Of a stretch of 64,000 nucleotides of DNA, positions 44,408-58,632 are shown piece by piece (positions within the stretch are counted from its first letter, which is position 1; every line of letters begins with the position of its first letter). The DNA comes from the human T2T-CHM13v2.0 reference genome, Homo sapiens: the NCBI RefSeq assembly GCF_009914755.1, contig NC_060926.1; one strand, given 5' to 3'. A program made the translations under genes and the position numbers. The notes beneath the pieces are model-generated. The model was not told the DNA's origin and ran no database searches. It was given only the letters and a program-made list of their open reading frames with translations.

Positions 44408-46559
44408 CCAAATACTCTTAATAAACTTTAATAAACTAAGAAGTCTAAGATGAAGCTTCCTACGAATGGATGAGTCAAGAAAAAGCTACACAAAGTTCAC
44501 ATATCCTAGTGCTGCTCATTAATTTGGGAGAAAAAAGCTTGATGTGAGGAGCTTGATTTGAAGGACAACCAGTATGGAAAGCCCCAAGGTACTTTATAGG
44601 ATGTCCAAGATTAGATGCTATTTATTAGGTATAATAGGGCTTTTTTAAAACAAACTCATACCTCTCCACGTTTTAAAAGTGTGGCCCATTAATCAGCAAT
44701 TAACTAAAATAAGGTTGTTAAATGACACTACAGTAATTCTAGGTCAGTCTGATTTTATCCTCTTTCTGGCTTAATGCCTCAGATAGAGTGAAACTCCCGA
44801 TAAGGCACTCACTAAGGGGCACTTGCACAATAAAGAGGAGAAGCAGGAACGAGGAAAACATAGTTAATATGCCAAGTCCTTTTTTTTTTTTTTTTCCATT
44901 TTAGTTGAGATGTGCTGTCAGCCTCTCTCTTGACCAGGGAGAGGTGCTTCTACTTCACCAGGGGGCTCTGTCCCCCAAGGCTGCGGCATGTCGGTGTTTA
45001 TGCAAGGGACTGTGCCCCTCTCTCCACAGCCCCAGCTGCAGCCTGTCTGTCGCCTTATAAAAAAGGCATCGAGCACTGCTTTTAGATCATTTCATCATAT
45101 TTGCTCATTTCCTTGGCTGAAGAGTCTGGAGTCAGAGGGCCCTCAGAAGATGTGGAACAGCCCTTGTGGATGGAATAGACTGGGCACTGTTGCTTTCTAG
45201 CTGTTTGTTCTCCATGATCACATTTGCATACTAGATTTCTACCAAGGAAACCTGGGTACAGCATCTTATCATATTTGTAGCCCCACATAAATGTATTGAG
45301 TAATCCGAACTTGCTTATTTTGTAAATAAACACATAATTTCTGGGATTAAAAATAATCTAATAACAGCAAAACTAGGCTGTCCAGCCCCACACTGAAGGG
45401 CAATGGAAGTTGTGCTCTAAAATTTTCCAGCAGTATCAGATGAAAAGCCATGGAATGGGGCTGTCTCTGGAAAATGAGCATGCCAGAGAAACCGTTTAAC
45501 GCTTGTGTGTAGGATGGGGATCTGCCTGTGTACACTTATGCAACTCTTTTGATCATTTGCTCTAAATGCTCATTAACAGACATTTTGCAAAAGATCAGAT
45601 GATGATACAAGCATATCAACAGGCTTCCGTTTTTACTGTAGGGAACCCAGAAATGAGGATTGTTGTTATTTTCTTTAGAAAATTCATTTAACTGCTGATA
45701 GTAAATCAAAATTCTACATTGCCACTTCTGTAAATATAAGTGACAAGAAGTTATATATCTCCCCTAGAGAAAGAACAGTAAACATTTCTAAAATTTCCAA
45801 GTGCTCCTACATATAATCTGGTTGTTACAAGTGGAGGCGGCTTGTCAGAAGGTCTCTCTCTGTAAATGGATAAGGATTGAAGCTGTGTCGTGTATCACTC
45901 ATGTTGTTTATCCTTTATATTAAATGGAAGCTATATATAGATACAAAATTATAATGGCACAGACTGCCCATTTCCTACCAGCAGTAGGTTGACTAGGAAA
46001 ATATAAGTAATTTACTGCAAAAGTGCATCAAAGTTGAAGCATTTTTAGCTAAAATGCAAAGCTAATCAAATTAGTATTAAAACAATTGACAAATGGTTAA
46101 ATTTTCCTATTCAATTTGAAGTGAATAGAATTGTATGCTCACATTTTATAATTGAGTTGAAGCTGTTGTATTGCAGTTTTTATTATTATGGAACAAGCAA
46201 CAGAAGTATAGACAGATGACTGAGTAATCTGTATATACCTTTGCAGGTAAGTAACTAATTATGACCATGAGGCACCTACAGGACAGAGAGGCCATAAGAC
46301 TCAAATTTTTGTTATTATCTGACCAAAGGAGAGAACTTATGTTCTTAACTTATCCTTAACTTATGTTAAGGATCCAAAGAGTTAGCTGTTAACTACAAGT
46401 GTCACTTGAACCTTAAATGAGTATATTACTTTTTTCAAACAAACTGCTCTACCTATGAAGAACAACTCTGAGGTTTATCTCCAAAAGCAAAGAGCAACAT
46501 ATTGTGTGGTCCTTAGGGTAGAGCCTGCGCTCATCACATTAGCAGGTTGTCCGGGAGGA

Positions 46560-46790
46560 ACGCTGGGTTGAAAGCTGAAAGGGCTGGGTCTGATGATGTT
46601 TTTTTCTTTACGTGGGTTTTACATGAGCTTGAGTAACCCACAGGCCTCTCTGTAGTCTGAGTTTCCCTGGCTTTAAAATGAAGGTCATTTAAAAATGATC
46701 CTCGTCCTGTCTACCTGGCAGAGCTGTTGTGAACATCACATGGGATAATTATGTGAAAGGTGCTTTGTAAACTGAAAAATACTATAATGA
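46560..46790 (+). mobile_element. MIR SINE
   Basis: ctgagtttccctggctttaaaatg...tgtgaaaggtgctttgtaaactg. Confidence 0.55.
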
Positions 46791-48272
46791 GGCAGGGCAC
46801 AAGGCAGCACTGACTCTTGAGGCTGAATGCTCTGCTGGAGGTCAGGCTGGATGGATGTTGTTGGTGAAGTGGGGCATGGTGGTTTCCTATTCCAGGCTTG
46901 AGGGCTGACTCTCCTGCAAGTGGGACCCCCGTACCCACAGACTTCACTTAGTCTCCTTGAAGGATTCATTTGCCACAGCTCCTGAGTACTCCATCAGTAG
47001 AGTTGACTAAACACCAAAGATGTTTATATTCTAACTTTCAAAAAGTGGTATGCAGCTACTTGTAAAAATGAAACATGTGAAATCTACTTGTCTATCTAAA
47101 TTTTGCCAGTTTGATTGGCATATTTGGCAAGCTTTTGAGAAGACTGGGAAATTGGGCAATCATTTGGGAAAACTGGAATTTGAGATCTAATGATCAGCTG
47201 CTTTGCCTTCTTCTTTCCCCTGTTACAAAGCCAGGGCAAGAAGACAAGACAGAGGACCTTCTGATGTGCTGCCTGATCTCCACTGGCTTCTTTTGGTGAC
47301 CACATGTTCCTTAACTGAGTGTCTTTATAAGGGAGGTATTGTTGAAGTATGTGGTGACGGACTGAGAAAACAAGCAGTGAGATTGTTAGCATTCATATCT
47401 CACAGGCTTAATGAGAACAACAAGCAAGCCCCAAAGGGTGTTAAATAGATTTGGTATATTTTCCTCATTTCAGAGAATGTCTATTCCTAATGCATTATTC
47501 TCTAGCCAACAGAAGAAAAGTGCCCAGCTTATTCCTTCTTCATGGAAACTACAGGTTTAAAGGACAGAGACTCTCATCTATCAAAGCAACTGAGTGACTT
47601 CTACTTAAATCAAGGCCAGCAAAGTAGATGATAGAAATATTAAGGGAGGTTGCAGTCAAGGGCAGTACTCTTCTTTCCTTGACTTATTTGGTGTGTTTAT
47701 GGTTTCAGGAAACTATCACCTCTTTAATCTTTCAAAATACATTTTTAAAGAGGCCATTCTTTTTATTGGACATTTTTATTTTAGGTTGCAAGAATTCTTT
47801 ATTTCTCTGCTTTTAAAAATCTATACTTGACATTATCCATGGCCAAAATGATTTACATTTGTTGTGGACGCTGACAAGGCCCAACTTACATTCTATGAGA
47901 ATTTTGTGGAAAAAACTTCACCTTTTGTGATGGTTCAACTTAGAAAGGCTTGAGTCGAATGACCAAGGTTAGAAAGTCTAAACAGAAGGACAATGAGATT
48001 CTATGTATCAGCCTAAAGATATTCATCTGAAAAATATGCCATATGTAAATTAAAAACAATGATGGAATCCTGCTGCATGAATATCACAGTTCAAGGTGCA
48101 AGAATAGAGGAAGAGAAAGTTACTATAATAAAAACCATAATATATGGTTTATACTTATAATAACACATATTTACATGGTATGGTTATAACACTTGCTTTG
48201 TCAGTTTGTCACTCTGACAAGTTACTTGCCCTCTCTATGCCTGTTTTTTTTTTATTTTTAAAACAGAGATAG

Positions 48273-48570
48273 TGCTGGGCACGGTAGCTCACGCCTATAA
48301 TCCCAGCACTTTGGGAGGCCAAGGCGGGCGATCACTTGAGGCCAGGAGTTTGAGACCAGCCTGGCCAACCTGGTGAAAAACCGTCTCCACTAAAAACACA
48401 AAAATTAGCCAGGCGTGGTGGTGGGTGCCTGTAATCCCAGCTATTCAGGAGGCTGAGGCAGGAGAATCACTTGAACCTCGGAGGCAGAGGTTGCAGTGAG
48501 CTGAGATACGACCACTGCCCTCCAGCCTGGGCAACAGAGTGAGACTCTGTCTCAAGAAAAAAAACCAAAA
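48273..48570 (+). mobile_element. AluS element nested in a MIR (~48120-48700)
   Basis: Full dimer; aaaacaga on both flanks; MIR core acaagttacttgccctctctatgcctg upstream. Confidence 0.9.
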
Positions 48571-48763
48571 CAGATAATAATAAAATAATAGCAAAAGTAG
48601 CTACCTTATAAGGTTTTCATAAAAATTAGGTGGAATAATCACTGCAAAGACCTTAGCCCAGCATCTGAAATGTCATAAACAGTCAACAAATAATGGCTGT
48701 AATAAAATCAATAATACTTATCATTTGACTACATAAATAAACCAAAAACTAGGAACAAAAGCA

Positions 48764-48798
48764 ATATACGTACATATAAACATATGTATAAATATATA

Positions 48799-48841
<43 letters not shown>
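48764..48841. repeat. TA-rich microsatellite including a pure (TA)16
   Basis: Pure run at 48809-48840. Confidence 0.95.
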
Positions 48842-48845
<4 letters not shown>

Positions 48846-49198
48846 AACATATGGTTGCTTACTATGTGCAGGGCACTGTCCTAAGGATATAAAAGCTTTA
48901 CATCTAAAATGTATTTAATTTTAACACCAACATCATAACATAAATATGTTGTTATCCCCATTTTACATACAGAGAAACCAAGGCAAAGTAACTTATGTAA
49001 GTCTACATGATAGAACTAGGATTTGACCAGGTTATCTGTAGGTATCTCAGTATTTCCTGAAGTGACTGAATAATTTTTTTGTTTTTATAACCTTGTTTAT
49101 CACATCACTGGTTTTTACACTTTTAATATACAATGGTTATTTTTGTAGACATTAACTCTATAATTTATTTACCTGTATCTCTAAAAAAGGGCATCACA

Positions 49199-49576
<378 letters not shown>

Positions 49577-50039
49577 TCACATGTGCAAATAAAAGGATCT
49601 AATGCCAAATGTGGGCAAAGCGACATACCTCAGTGTGAGAGAGTAAGTGCTGGAGGCTAAGGGCATTGTGGTCTCTCCTTCATTTTCTCTTATGAGGCAC
49701 ACTGATGGGGTACGTGGACTTAGGACAAGATGGCACTTCATCTCGCTTTTCTTTCTGCATACCTTGCTCTTAGTCTTCTACTAATGCCACAATGAAAAAA
49801 ACAGAAACCCCCACTTGACATCTAAACTCTTTAAAAACATGTAAAATTTAAATCAGTATTATTTATTAAAAGGTTTTTTTTAAATTATTATTTGGTAATG
49901 ATTTACCCTAAAATTTTTTGACTTCTCTTCAAAGCCCAGATGCTTAAATATTGCTTACTTTGGGTCTTAATGGTTATTCCAGAGCCATGGAATTTTAAAT
50001 TTGATCTCAGATTTTTAAGATGTGACAGCTTGATTATTT

Positions 50040-50782
50040 TACAAGGCCAAAACCCTGATTCAAGCCTGCAATTTTAAGAATCAAAACTGTTTTCCCATTG
50101 ATGAAGACATTTTGAAATGTGTGGTCCATAGCTATTTATGAGTAGTTTACAGCTGTTGTCTCTTTGTGCCCAAGACCATGGAGAATCCAGGAGCCGATCT
50201 GATCCTCCTGGGACTGCTATTAATATCACTTTCACTTTAGACAGCTTTGCCTTCAACTAGCAATTTTCTGGCTCCCTTATACTACATTGTAGCCTCACAG
50301 CATTCAAGCAGGCACAGGGCACTTGGACAATTTAGCAATAATCTATAATACAGATTTTTGAAAGAAGCGATTTGTTCAAATGCTGCTAAAACAGAAAGTG
50401 GCTCTTGAATACCAAAGTGGGTGCCAGAAACTGAGAAAAAATTCCTTAAACTAGGATCTTTAGTATAAGGAGAAGTGATTAGAATAATATCAATTTGGGG
50501 CACTGTGACATCTGAAACATAATGGAACAATTCCTAATTGTTATTGAGGAAGAAAGCAAGACCTATTAAGGCAAACCAACCAACTTTCATTGCACAGGGA
50601 CATAATTTCGGAGATGCTATATTTGATTCCATGTTTGATAGGGTCTGGCATATCTCTTCCCAAGTGTGCTCTGGAAATCCTATTTCAGTCCTTCTTTTAG
50701 GGGAAGAAGTCATTACATCAGCCTTGTAAAGTACACTGGCATGCAAAGTAAAATCTGTTACTAGGGTGAAAAGTTGGTACAT
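50040..50782 (-). mobile_element. Putative ancient non-LTR retrotransposon RT fossil (RTE-X/L4-like)
   Basis: Two co-framed ORFs (50782-50282) separated by one stop. Degenerate RT-like motifs appear in the expected order (see findings). Confidence 0.4.
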
Positions 50783-51559
50783 TCTGTTTTTTTGAGGGGA
50801 GGTGAGCTCTCACGTGCCCCCAACATGCACAGTTCACTAAAAATCTGTAGCTCACCAATCTCCTATTGTATGCATTTGTTATTTAGTCTTCAGCTCTCCT
50901 ACATTTTCTTTGTTTCTTTATCTATTAAACTTTTAAAAATTGTTCCCTGCCTCTTTTCCATTCTGATTTTAAAAATTCTGATTAATATACAATTGCATCT
51001 GTATTGGCAGACCATGTAGATACAGCATTTGTAAATTGCAAGCTATGGAGTACACTGAATACCATATTAAGGAGTTAGTGAAAATGAAAAGAACTTTAAA
51101 CCCTAGCCTTTTAGATAGATTTCTGCTTTTAAAGATTATCTCTGGATTGCAAAAACAGACATGAATATTGATAGTGTAAACCTGACTAAAATATGACTCT
51201 AAAATATGAATGTCTGCCATTATAAAAGAATCTAATGATAAAACCTGAGGAAATAAACACTAAAAAAAAAAAAAAAAAAAAAAAGGTTGTTTTCTCTTCC
51301 TTAAAAGTCCTGAAATTTAATTTTACCATTCTGTCACAGGATAAAACATCTGTCCTAATGGAAAAGTAACAAAAACCCATTTTCTGAAAAGCCCCACAGA
51401 TAATTTTTCACATGAGTACATGGAAATATCTATTCCATTTTTGGATAACTATTCTTTCTTGATGTAAAACACTGGTGGTCAAAATATACAAATATCACAT
51501 TTGCCTTCAATCATAAAACTCTGATAAGCACACAAATTGCAATACCATCATGCTAAATT

Positions 51560-52105
51560 AACTAATTCATTTATTAATCATTTTCTTTGAAAGCAGAGTG
51601 ACATTCAGGCACTGGGAATGCTGAAATAAAAGATTGAATCCCTGCCTTCTGGGGTCTTACACTTCAGCAAAGAGGTCACACATCAATAATTAATATATGA
51701 TGTCACAGATATAAATACAGAAATGAAGTAAAAAGAGACAATGAATCCAGACCAAAAGTTTCAAGAAAGGCTCCTAAGAAGAGGTGACATCTGAATGGAG
51801 TCTTTGAAGACCCTGTAACAATAGCCAGGCAAAGGTGCTCTAGGCAGGAAGAATGTTTTGTGCAAAAGCAGAGGTGGGTAAAACATGACTTCAGTTCTCT
51901 CAAATAGAATTAATCAATCTCTTTATACAGTAACTCAGCACGTTGTCTGTACTTCTGTTAGCATGAATAGAATGAATTTTTATTGCTTATCTTTCCTGGT
52001 GGACTGTAGCCTACTAGAAGCAGGCTGATACATCTTTGTACCTCCCATTTGTCTTGCACTTATAACTTGCCTGCTTAGTTTTGATGGAATGAGCCAATGA
52101 ATGAC
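51560..52105. mobile_element. L2 remnants in opposite orientations
   Basis: attcatttatt...aagaggtgacatctgaatgg...gtgcaaaagcagagg (minus), then gactgtagcctactagaagcagg...gaatgagccaatgaatga (plus). Confidence 0.6.
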
Positions 52106-55100
52106 AGTAAGATTTCACAAGAGTCACCTGTGAAACATACTTCACCAAAGCACCCATGGTAGCACTTATTAACAAACGGAGTTTACCAGGGATGGGGCAG
52201 AAGAAAGTCTTAGCTTTTCAAAGAATTTCATTCCTGAGACATTTTTGTGGTCATGTATTTAAAAAAAAAGGGTTGGGGGGGTGCTCTGAGAAATGTGCTC
52301 TCAGATGGCACAGCTGGAATGAGAGAAATGGGAACTGTTTTCCATTTTACATAGTTTCTGGAAAGGGCAATAAGAACAAAAAAAGCAACACTGTTGGTCA
52401 GCATTCTCAGTGCCTGAGTTGAAAGGTGCTATAAACAGAGAAAAGTCTCATAGGCCAACTCTATGCAGGCTATGTGCCAAGAATAGCTACAAAGTGGCAA
52501 GTTAAATCAGCCAGGGCTTGTGAGCTGTCTCAGGACTTGAGTCCCAACTTGCACTCGTGAAAGTTATGCTGCAAAGGGAGCTACCTTTCCCCAGCACTGC
52601 CTGGGGCCTTGGCAAGTCTAATGGAGAATGAGTTTGATTTCAAGCCCTGCTCCCTTCAGGCAACTTACAAAGAAAAGCTGTTAAGTCTGTGGAGCTGGGA
52701 ATGTCTGGAAAGAGTGAAGACCCATCATTTAAAACTGATTTCTTTTTAAGGAAGTAGAGCAGAGAGCAGTGATTACTTCAACACCCATTCTCAGGGGAAT
52801 TTCTGTAAGCCGGAATCAGCTAATGATGGTTAATAAAGGTAAATGTTCCCTGATTCTCAGGAAGTGATTCTTCATCCTGGGGCTTTTTGAAGACTCTGTC
52901 TTCACTTGAATTTTGGGTGGAATAAAGCCCTCCTGGATTTATCCTAATCTAATACTCAAAGTTGGTAGTTCACAGGAGTCTGTTTATTCTTCTAGAAAAG
53001 TATAACAGTGGATTAGCTACTGGCTTCTATCCCTTCAGCACAGCTCCCCCACACAAGAGCGTACCTTTAATGACTGATGCTGGTGTATCAAATTGTGTCC
53101 TCTCCTTCTAATAACAAAATAATGAAATACAGTAAAATGCCACTTTTTCTGACTTTTTTTTTCTTCTAGGACATGTATGTTTCTTACCTCATTCAGAGGC
53201 ATGCTGGGAAATTTAACTAAATCTGAAAGAAAAACATTCTGTAAATCCTTAAGACTGGATTAGTAATAAGGAGTAATTTCTGATCTGGAATAAAATCCAG
53301 AATTCAGCTTGCTCACCCCAGACACAAAACACAATAAAAAGAATGGTTGTTACAGTTACTAAACGAAGGATCTTTTCACACTCAGCAAGGGTAAAGACTG
53401 TCTCTTCTGTATCTCTGTATTACCCAAGACATTGAGCATCCATCTTACTGATACAAAGGATGTCTAGTTTGAAAGTTTGCCTATGTACATTTGTTTACGC
53501 ACTCAGGCATATACAGACTGCCAACTTTATTATTACCCAAGATTAAAAATAAAAAATAGACCTTGCTCTCAAGAGATTTCCTTTCCGTTAACTGCAATGC
53601 TAAGTGAGATGCATCAGTTTCATTTTTGCACGCTCCTTTGCTCCGTTTAGTACCGAAATAAAAACATGACGTAGCTTTTGGGGCCGGGGAGGAATCTCAT
53701 TCTTGCAGGAAATAATTGCCAGGAATTTTAAAGAGTGTCATCATTTTCTCTGTGTCCAGTCCTGCCCAGTAACAGAGAACAGCTATTAAAAGTATCCAAA
53801 TGCTGGCTGCAAGGAGAAGTTGAACTCTGAACCACTATAAACCCAATCAGATGCAGACATTCTTCCCATCCCATACCCCGGACTCCCAGTGAATCTTGAA
53901 GACCCTGGGGTTAGCCTTATCATTTATTCGTCTGTATAGTGATGGCCTGTGCTAATGCCCAAATGATCCTGACTTATTAAAGGTTCTTCCTGAAAAGACA
54001 TGATTTTTATTAGTTCACCACAACTTATTCTCAAAAAAGCATTTATTCTTTATCAAGCCACAAATTTTACTTAATTAACTATTCTACTAGATTCCAAGAC
54101 GATTTAGAAGCTATTGAGGTTGTAACAGGATAAGAGAACAACTAGTCCACTCTGTTAAAATAAAATAAAATCCAAAAACATTAAATGTTTTCCTTTTTGT
54201 TCTCTAATGAGAGGTAGAGGATGTGAAAGTGAAGATACAGTAAGGCTAGTGTTTCCAATGATTTCATGACTTCTCTTCCAGCTATGCTGGTGTCATAGTA
54301 AGAGCCTGATGCTATTATTATCTCTGATTATTTGATAAACCTGAAAAACAAGTTCAACAAATGGTAAAACATCTGGATCTTTGACAGACAATGGCTTATA
54401 AAAGAGAATAACGAACAGTTATTTGGAGAGTATTAAGACCCAGATGGTTCATCAGGGATCACTTTAAAGGTGTTTGTTAGATCCTCCCTCTCAAAGACAC
54501 CTACACAAGAGTCATCAGCTGCCAATAGCACTGAGAAGATTTTCACATACCCAGCACTGTTTTTGTGACAACCCTTTCCAAAATTACGAAAGAAAACAAA
54601 AACAAAGGCAAAGCACAAAGAGGAAAAATGAACATTGCTTAATTTTTTCTTGCACCCAGTGCTTGAAACGCATCAAAGTCAGAGCTCCATGCTCTTTATC
54701 TCAGCTCACTGCAGCTGTCCTTTCTGCCAAAAGCAAAACAACTCATTCTCTAGAAGAATCTGAATGCCCACTATATCCTTGACAGCGTTCCTAACAATAG
54801 ACGCCGAAGATAGAACACGGTTAGACTTTCATTGACAAGAAAGGCTGGAGAATAGAGAATTGTGATCAGGCAGAAGAAAAATAAAAACTGGAACAGTCAG
54901 TGGTCTGGCATATCTACTACCCCCCACCTTTTATTTTTCTGAAAAGCAAAGCTGTATTTTGGCAGAGTCCAGAAAAACTAGGCTTGTAATTGTTAATGTA
55001 GTTCTAGTGGTTTAGGAGAAGCAGTGGGCTTGGCCGTATTATGGAATGACTCTGCAAATATAGCTCAGACCCTAAGGAGGTTAATTTAAAAAACCTATTT

Positions 55101-55159
55101 CTTATCTGTATAAAGTCTTGCACACGAATTACATTGTTTCCATTTTCTCCAAAAGTGTG

Positions 55160-55692
55160 CTTTCTCTCTCTCTAGATATCTGTATCTATAGATATAGCTA
55201 TCTATACCAATATATCTCTATAAGTTGTTTATATCTATATGCCAATATCTATAACATATTTCTCTCTATATATAAATATATAGAGACATCTCTGATCTCG
55301 CTATATATTTAGAGAAATGTTATAGATATTGACATATATATAGATCTCTCTATATAAATATATATAGATATATACATATATTTATGTATGATATATGATA
55401 TATACATACACATATATTTATATAGAGAGATCTATATATCTATATATCTATATATAAATGTATATCTATAGATATATATCTATAGATATGTATGTATACA
55501 TACATATCTAGCCAACAATATATATAGACAACAATATCTATAACATCTCTATTTATATATATGTTGTTATATATATTGTTATATATCTATATATAGATAT
55601 TTTGTTATTACATTATATATATAAATTAAATTGAAAGCTTTTGGGGAAAAACATATATAAATATAAATATAAATATATATATACACACACAC
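55160..55692. repeat. ~530-bp degenerate AT-rich (TA/TATC) low-complexity tract
   Basis: Read directly from sequence. Confidence 0.92.
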
Positions 55693-56104
55693 AATTTCTC
55701 ATTTTTTGTTGCTTGGTCTTATTCTAAATTCCTAAGTGTAGTCTGCCACTCTAATCTCTTTTCCCATGAAGTTTGTCTTAGAAATGTCATCCGTGCAAAC
55801 AACGGCTCACCAAGGACAAGTGCTGGTTTATGCAATTGAGCAGTAGAGGATGCTGTATCCACTTCTTCAAGAGGTAAAAGGAGCTGATTTCTGCACTCCC
55901 AGGGATGAGCAAGCTTCATATTCATCTGATGGTTATCTGAGCAGGCACTCTCATGCATTTTGATACTCTAGTTTTATAACCAGAGAATGTCAGAGTCAAT
56001 AACATGATTATAAGCCTTATAAGTCATAGAATACAGCCTCTCACACAATCATCTTTGAAAAATGGTCAGCTGGACTCCAGGAACAGAGAGATGGCAGCAT
56101 TGCT

Positions 56105-56280
56105 TCCTTCAAGAGACATTTATTAAGCTTCTGGTAGCAACTCTGTGAATTGGGTATTATTGTCCTCATTTTACAGATGAGGAAATAGAAACCTGAGAAG
56201 ATCGCAGTTAGAGACAGACAAAGTGGGATTTTTAACCTAGGGCTGATTCCAAAGCCTTTATTTTTTGATCACTACAATAT
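56105..56280 (-). mobile_element. MIR SINE
   Basis: gtattattgtcctcattttacagatgaggaaa core. Confidence 0.7.
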
Positions 56281-58592
56281 ACATCTGACAGACGTTCTCT
56301 TTAACCCTTTCAAGACTATAAGATAAGGGTTCTTTGTAAGGACAGACCCATGCTTTCAGTAGTAAACACTGTGTAAAAGACAAGAGCATCATAAACTATG
56401 GGGCTGATTTAGGCAGCCAATTTCTAGTGTTTTCTTTTTTTGTTGTTTGTCTGGTTCTTTCACATTCTCTCTCTCTTTCTCCCATAGTATAGCAACAATT
56501 GGTCTAAATATTAAGCTTTATCTATGTCACCCCACAAATGCTGAGTGTGATTCATCCAAGTCTATAACAATGGTAGAGTGGCCCATTACCACAGACAGAC
56601 AAGAAGAAGATAGCAGTGTTTACACATGAGATAATTTGGCTTTTCTGCTAAGCCTTGTGTGCCAAGTTAATTACTCTCTTGGTGAAACAAGGTATTTTGC
56701 TCATATAAGGTAGGGAAACTTGCAGTGCTTTTGGTTTTGTTCATTTCTCTTCACTAGTCATTCATAATGTGGTTTTTAACAACAAAATAATTAGTTAACT
56801 GAGATAGAAATGAAAATCACACTGGTCCCTGTGCATAAAAAATATATATTATAGATAGAACTTTGTGCTTGCCATTTCTTTCTTTCATGTTGTTTAATAA
56901 CAGAGTATTTTGCCTGAAGTTCCTTATATGATCTTCTGATTAGAGAATAACTGCCAAAATGATGTTTGAAATGCAAGTAGTATGGCAGAAAACTCTTAAG
57001 AGGAAAATGTTAGGACCAGGGCAAGTGCTCCCTAGGAGCCAGAGTTCAGAACTCTGGGCTGGTTCTCTGTGCTAGTTACTGCTCAGTACCCAGTGCCTAG
57101 AATAGTGTCTAGTACACGACAGACAGTAGTAGCTAATAGATGTCTGTCCAGTCAATGAATATAATTCCCTACTCTGGTGCCTGCTGCAGCTTCCAGAGGT
57201 GGACTCTTTCATTCAAACTATTTTTACTCCATTTTATCTTCAAGAGAAGAGGCTTCACTATAGGGATAACCCCAGGTTCACAGGAAGGCATCTTCTGTTC
57301 AGCTGTTCCTTATTCAAGCTTCCATACTGTCATCTATACAACAAATCAGACCAGGATATGAAAGACAGAGGGCACCTCCTCTAGGTTGCCATTGCCTTAA
57401 GACCATTTATTTTGAGAGGTAACCATGCTTGAGACATGCTTATGTTAAGACTACTACATGAATTTTATTTAAAATGCAATCCCTGATTGTAGAAGACAGT
57501 TTTGTGACCAGTGAACTCCGTGGATCAGCCTTTGATGGACAAAGAGAAAAGACTTGGCTTCACCTTAACGACTGGTCTGTAAGATAGGAAGTTTAAGTTC
57601 TAAGGCAACTGGACTAAAGGCCAGCTTAAGAAACAAAGCAAACCCCTTACACTGGTGTTTCTGTTCCACTGATGACTTTCTCCATGGTCCGGAGCTGATG
57701 GACAGCTATATTCACACACACTCTTCACAACCATTCTGAAAGTAATTTTCAGCTGCAACCAAACAACCAGGGACCTACTGTGTGACACATGGAGCAATTG
57801 ATAATACCAGTGCTCTATGGATCATGTTGTCTTATACATCACATGTGCTTGATTGGTCTGATCAAAGTTATGATTGAACCAGCTCTGCACCTGTATTCGT
57901 CCTTGCACGTTCAAGTGAAAGATGATGCAACCACGACAGGCTGGAATCAGGCCTTTGGGCCATCTGAGTGCAATTTGAGACATGGAGTTAGGCTTTAAGA
58001 ATGACTTTGAGGGTTCTCAAGTAATATCCACCCTCTTTCACAGGAGTAACAGGTCACCTACCTCCCATGAAAGGAATTTAAAACAATTTGGAACTCAGTA
58101 AGCAATGTTACACTCAGCTTGTCTGTCTGGCAGAGAACACTAAAAAAATATGTAAGACTCATCATGTTACCAGTCTGTCAGTAAATATTTACCACCTTGA
58201 GACAAAAGTATAATATTCAGCATTTGATGTCTAAATTAGTAGAAAAGACAAACACAAATATAATAATTAGAGAACAATACAAGCAAGTTTAGGTGTAGAA
58301 TTCAGTGGCTGGTTGAGATGTCAGTGAATCAACAGCTTAGAAAACAGCTGTGTTTCCAAAATATGTTGGCAGCAGTCTATACGTGTTCTCAGTGATGTAA
58401 TAGGAGTCAGGCACTCACAGAAGCTGACATTATCCATAATGACCCTGAATCATAGACTTCAGCATGCAAACTCATGATGTTCTATTGTTCCAATAAGAAT
58501 AATATCTGGGATGCCAGACATACACCTGCCCAAAGCTCCCTGCAGAAGGCAATCCAATTCCTCATTCTTTCAGCGGACTTGGCAGAGGAATG

Positions 58593-58593
<1 letters not shown>

Positions 58594-58631
<38 letters not shown>
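58594..58631. repeat. (TG)19 microsatellite
   Basis: Perfect run. Confidence 0.97.
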
Positions 58632-58632
<1 letters not shown>

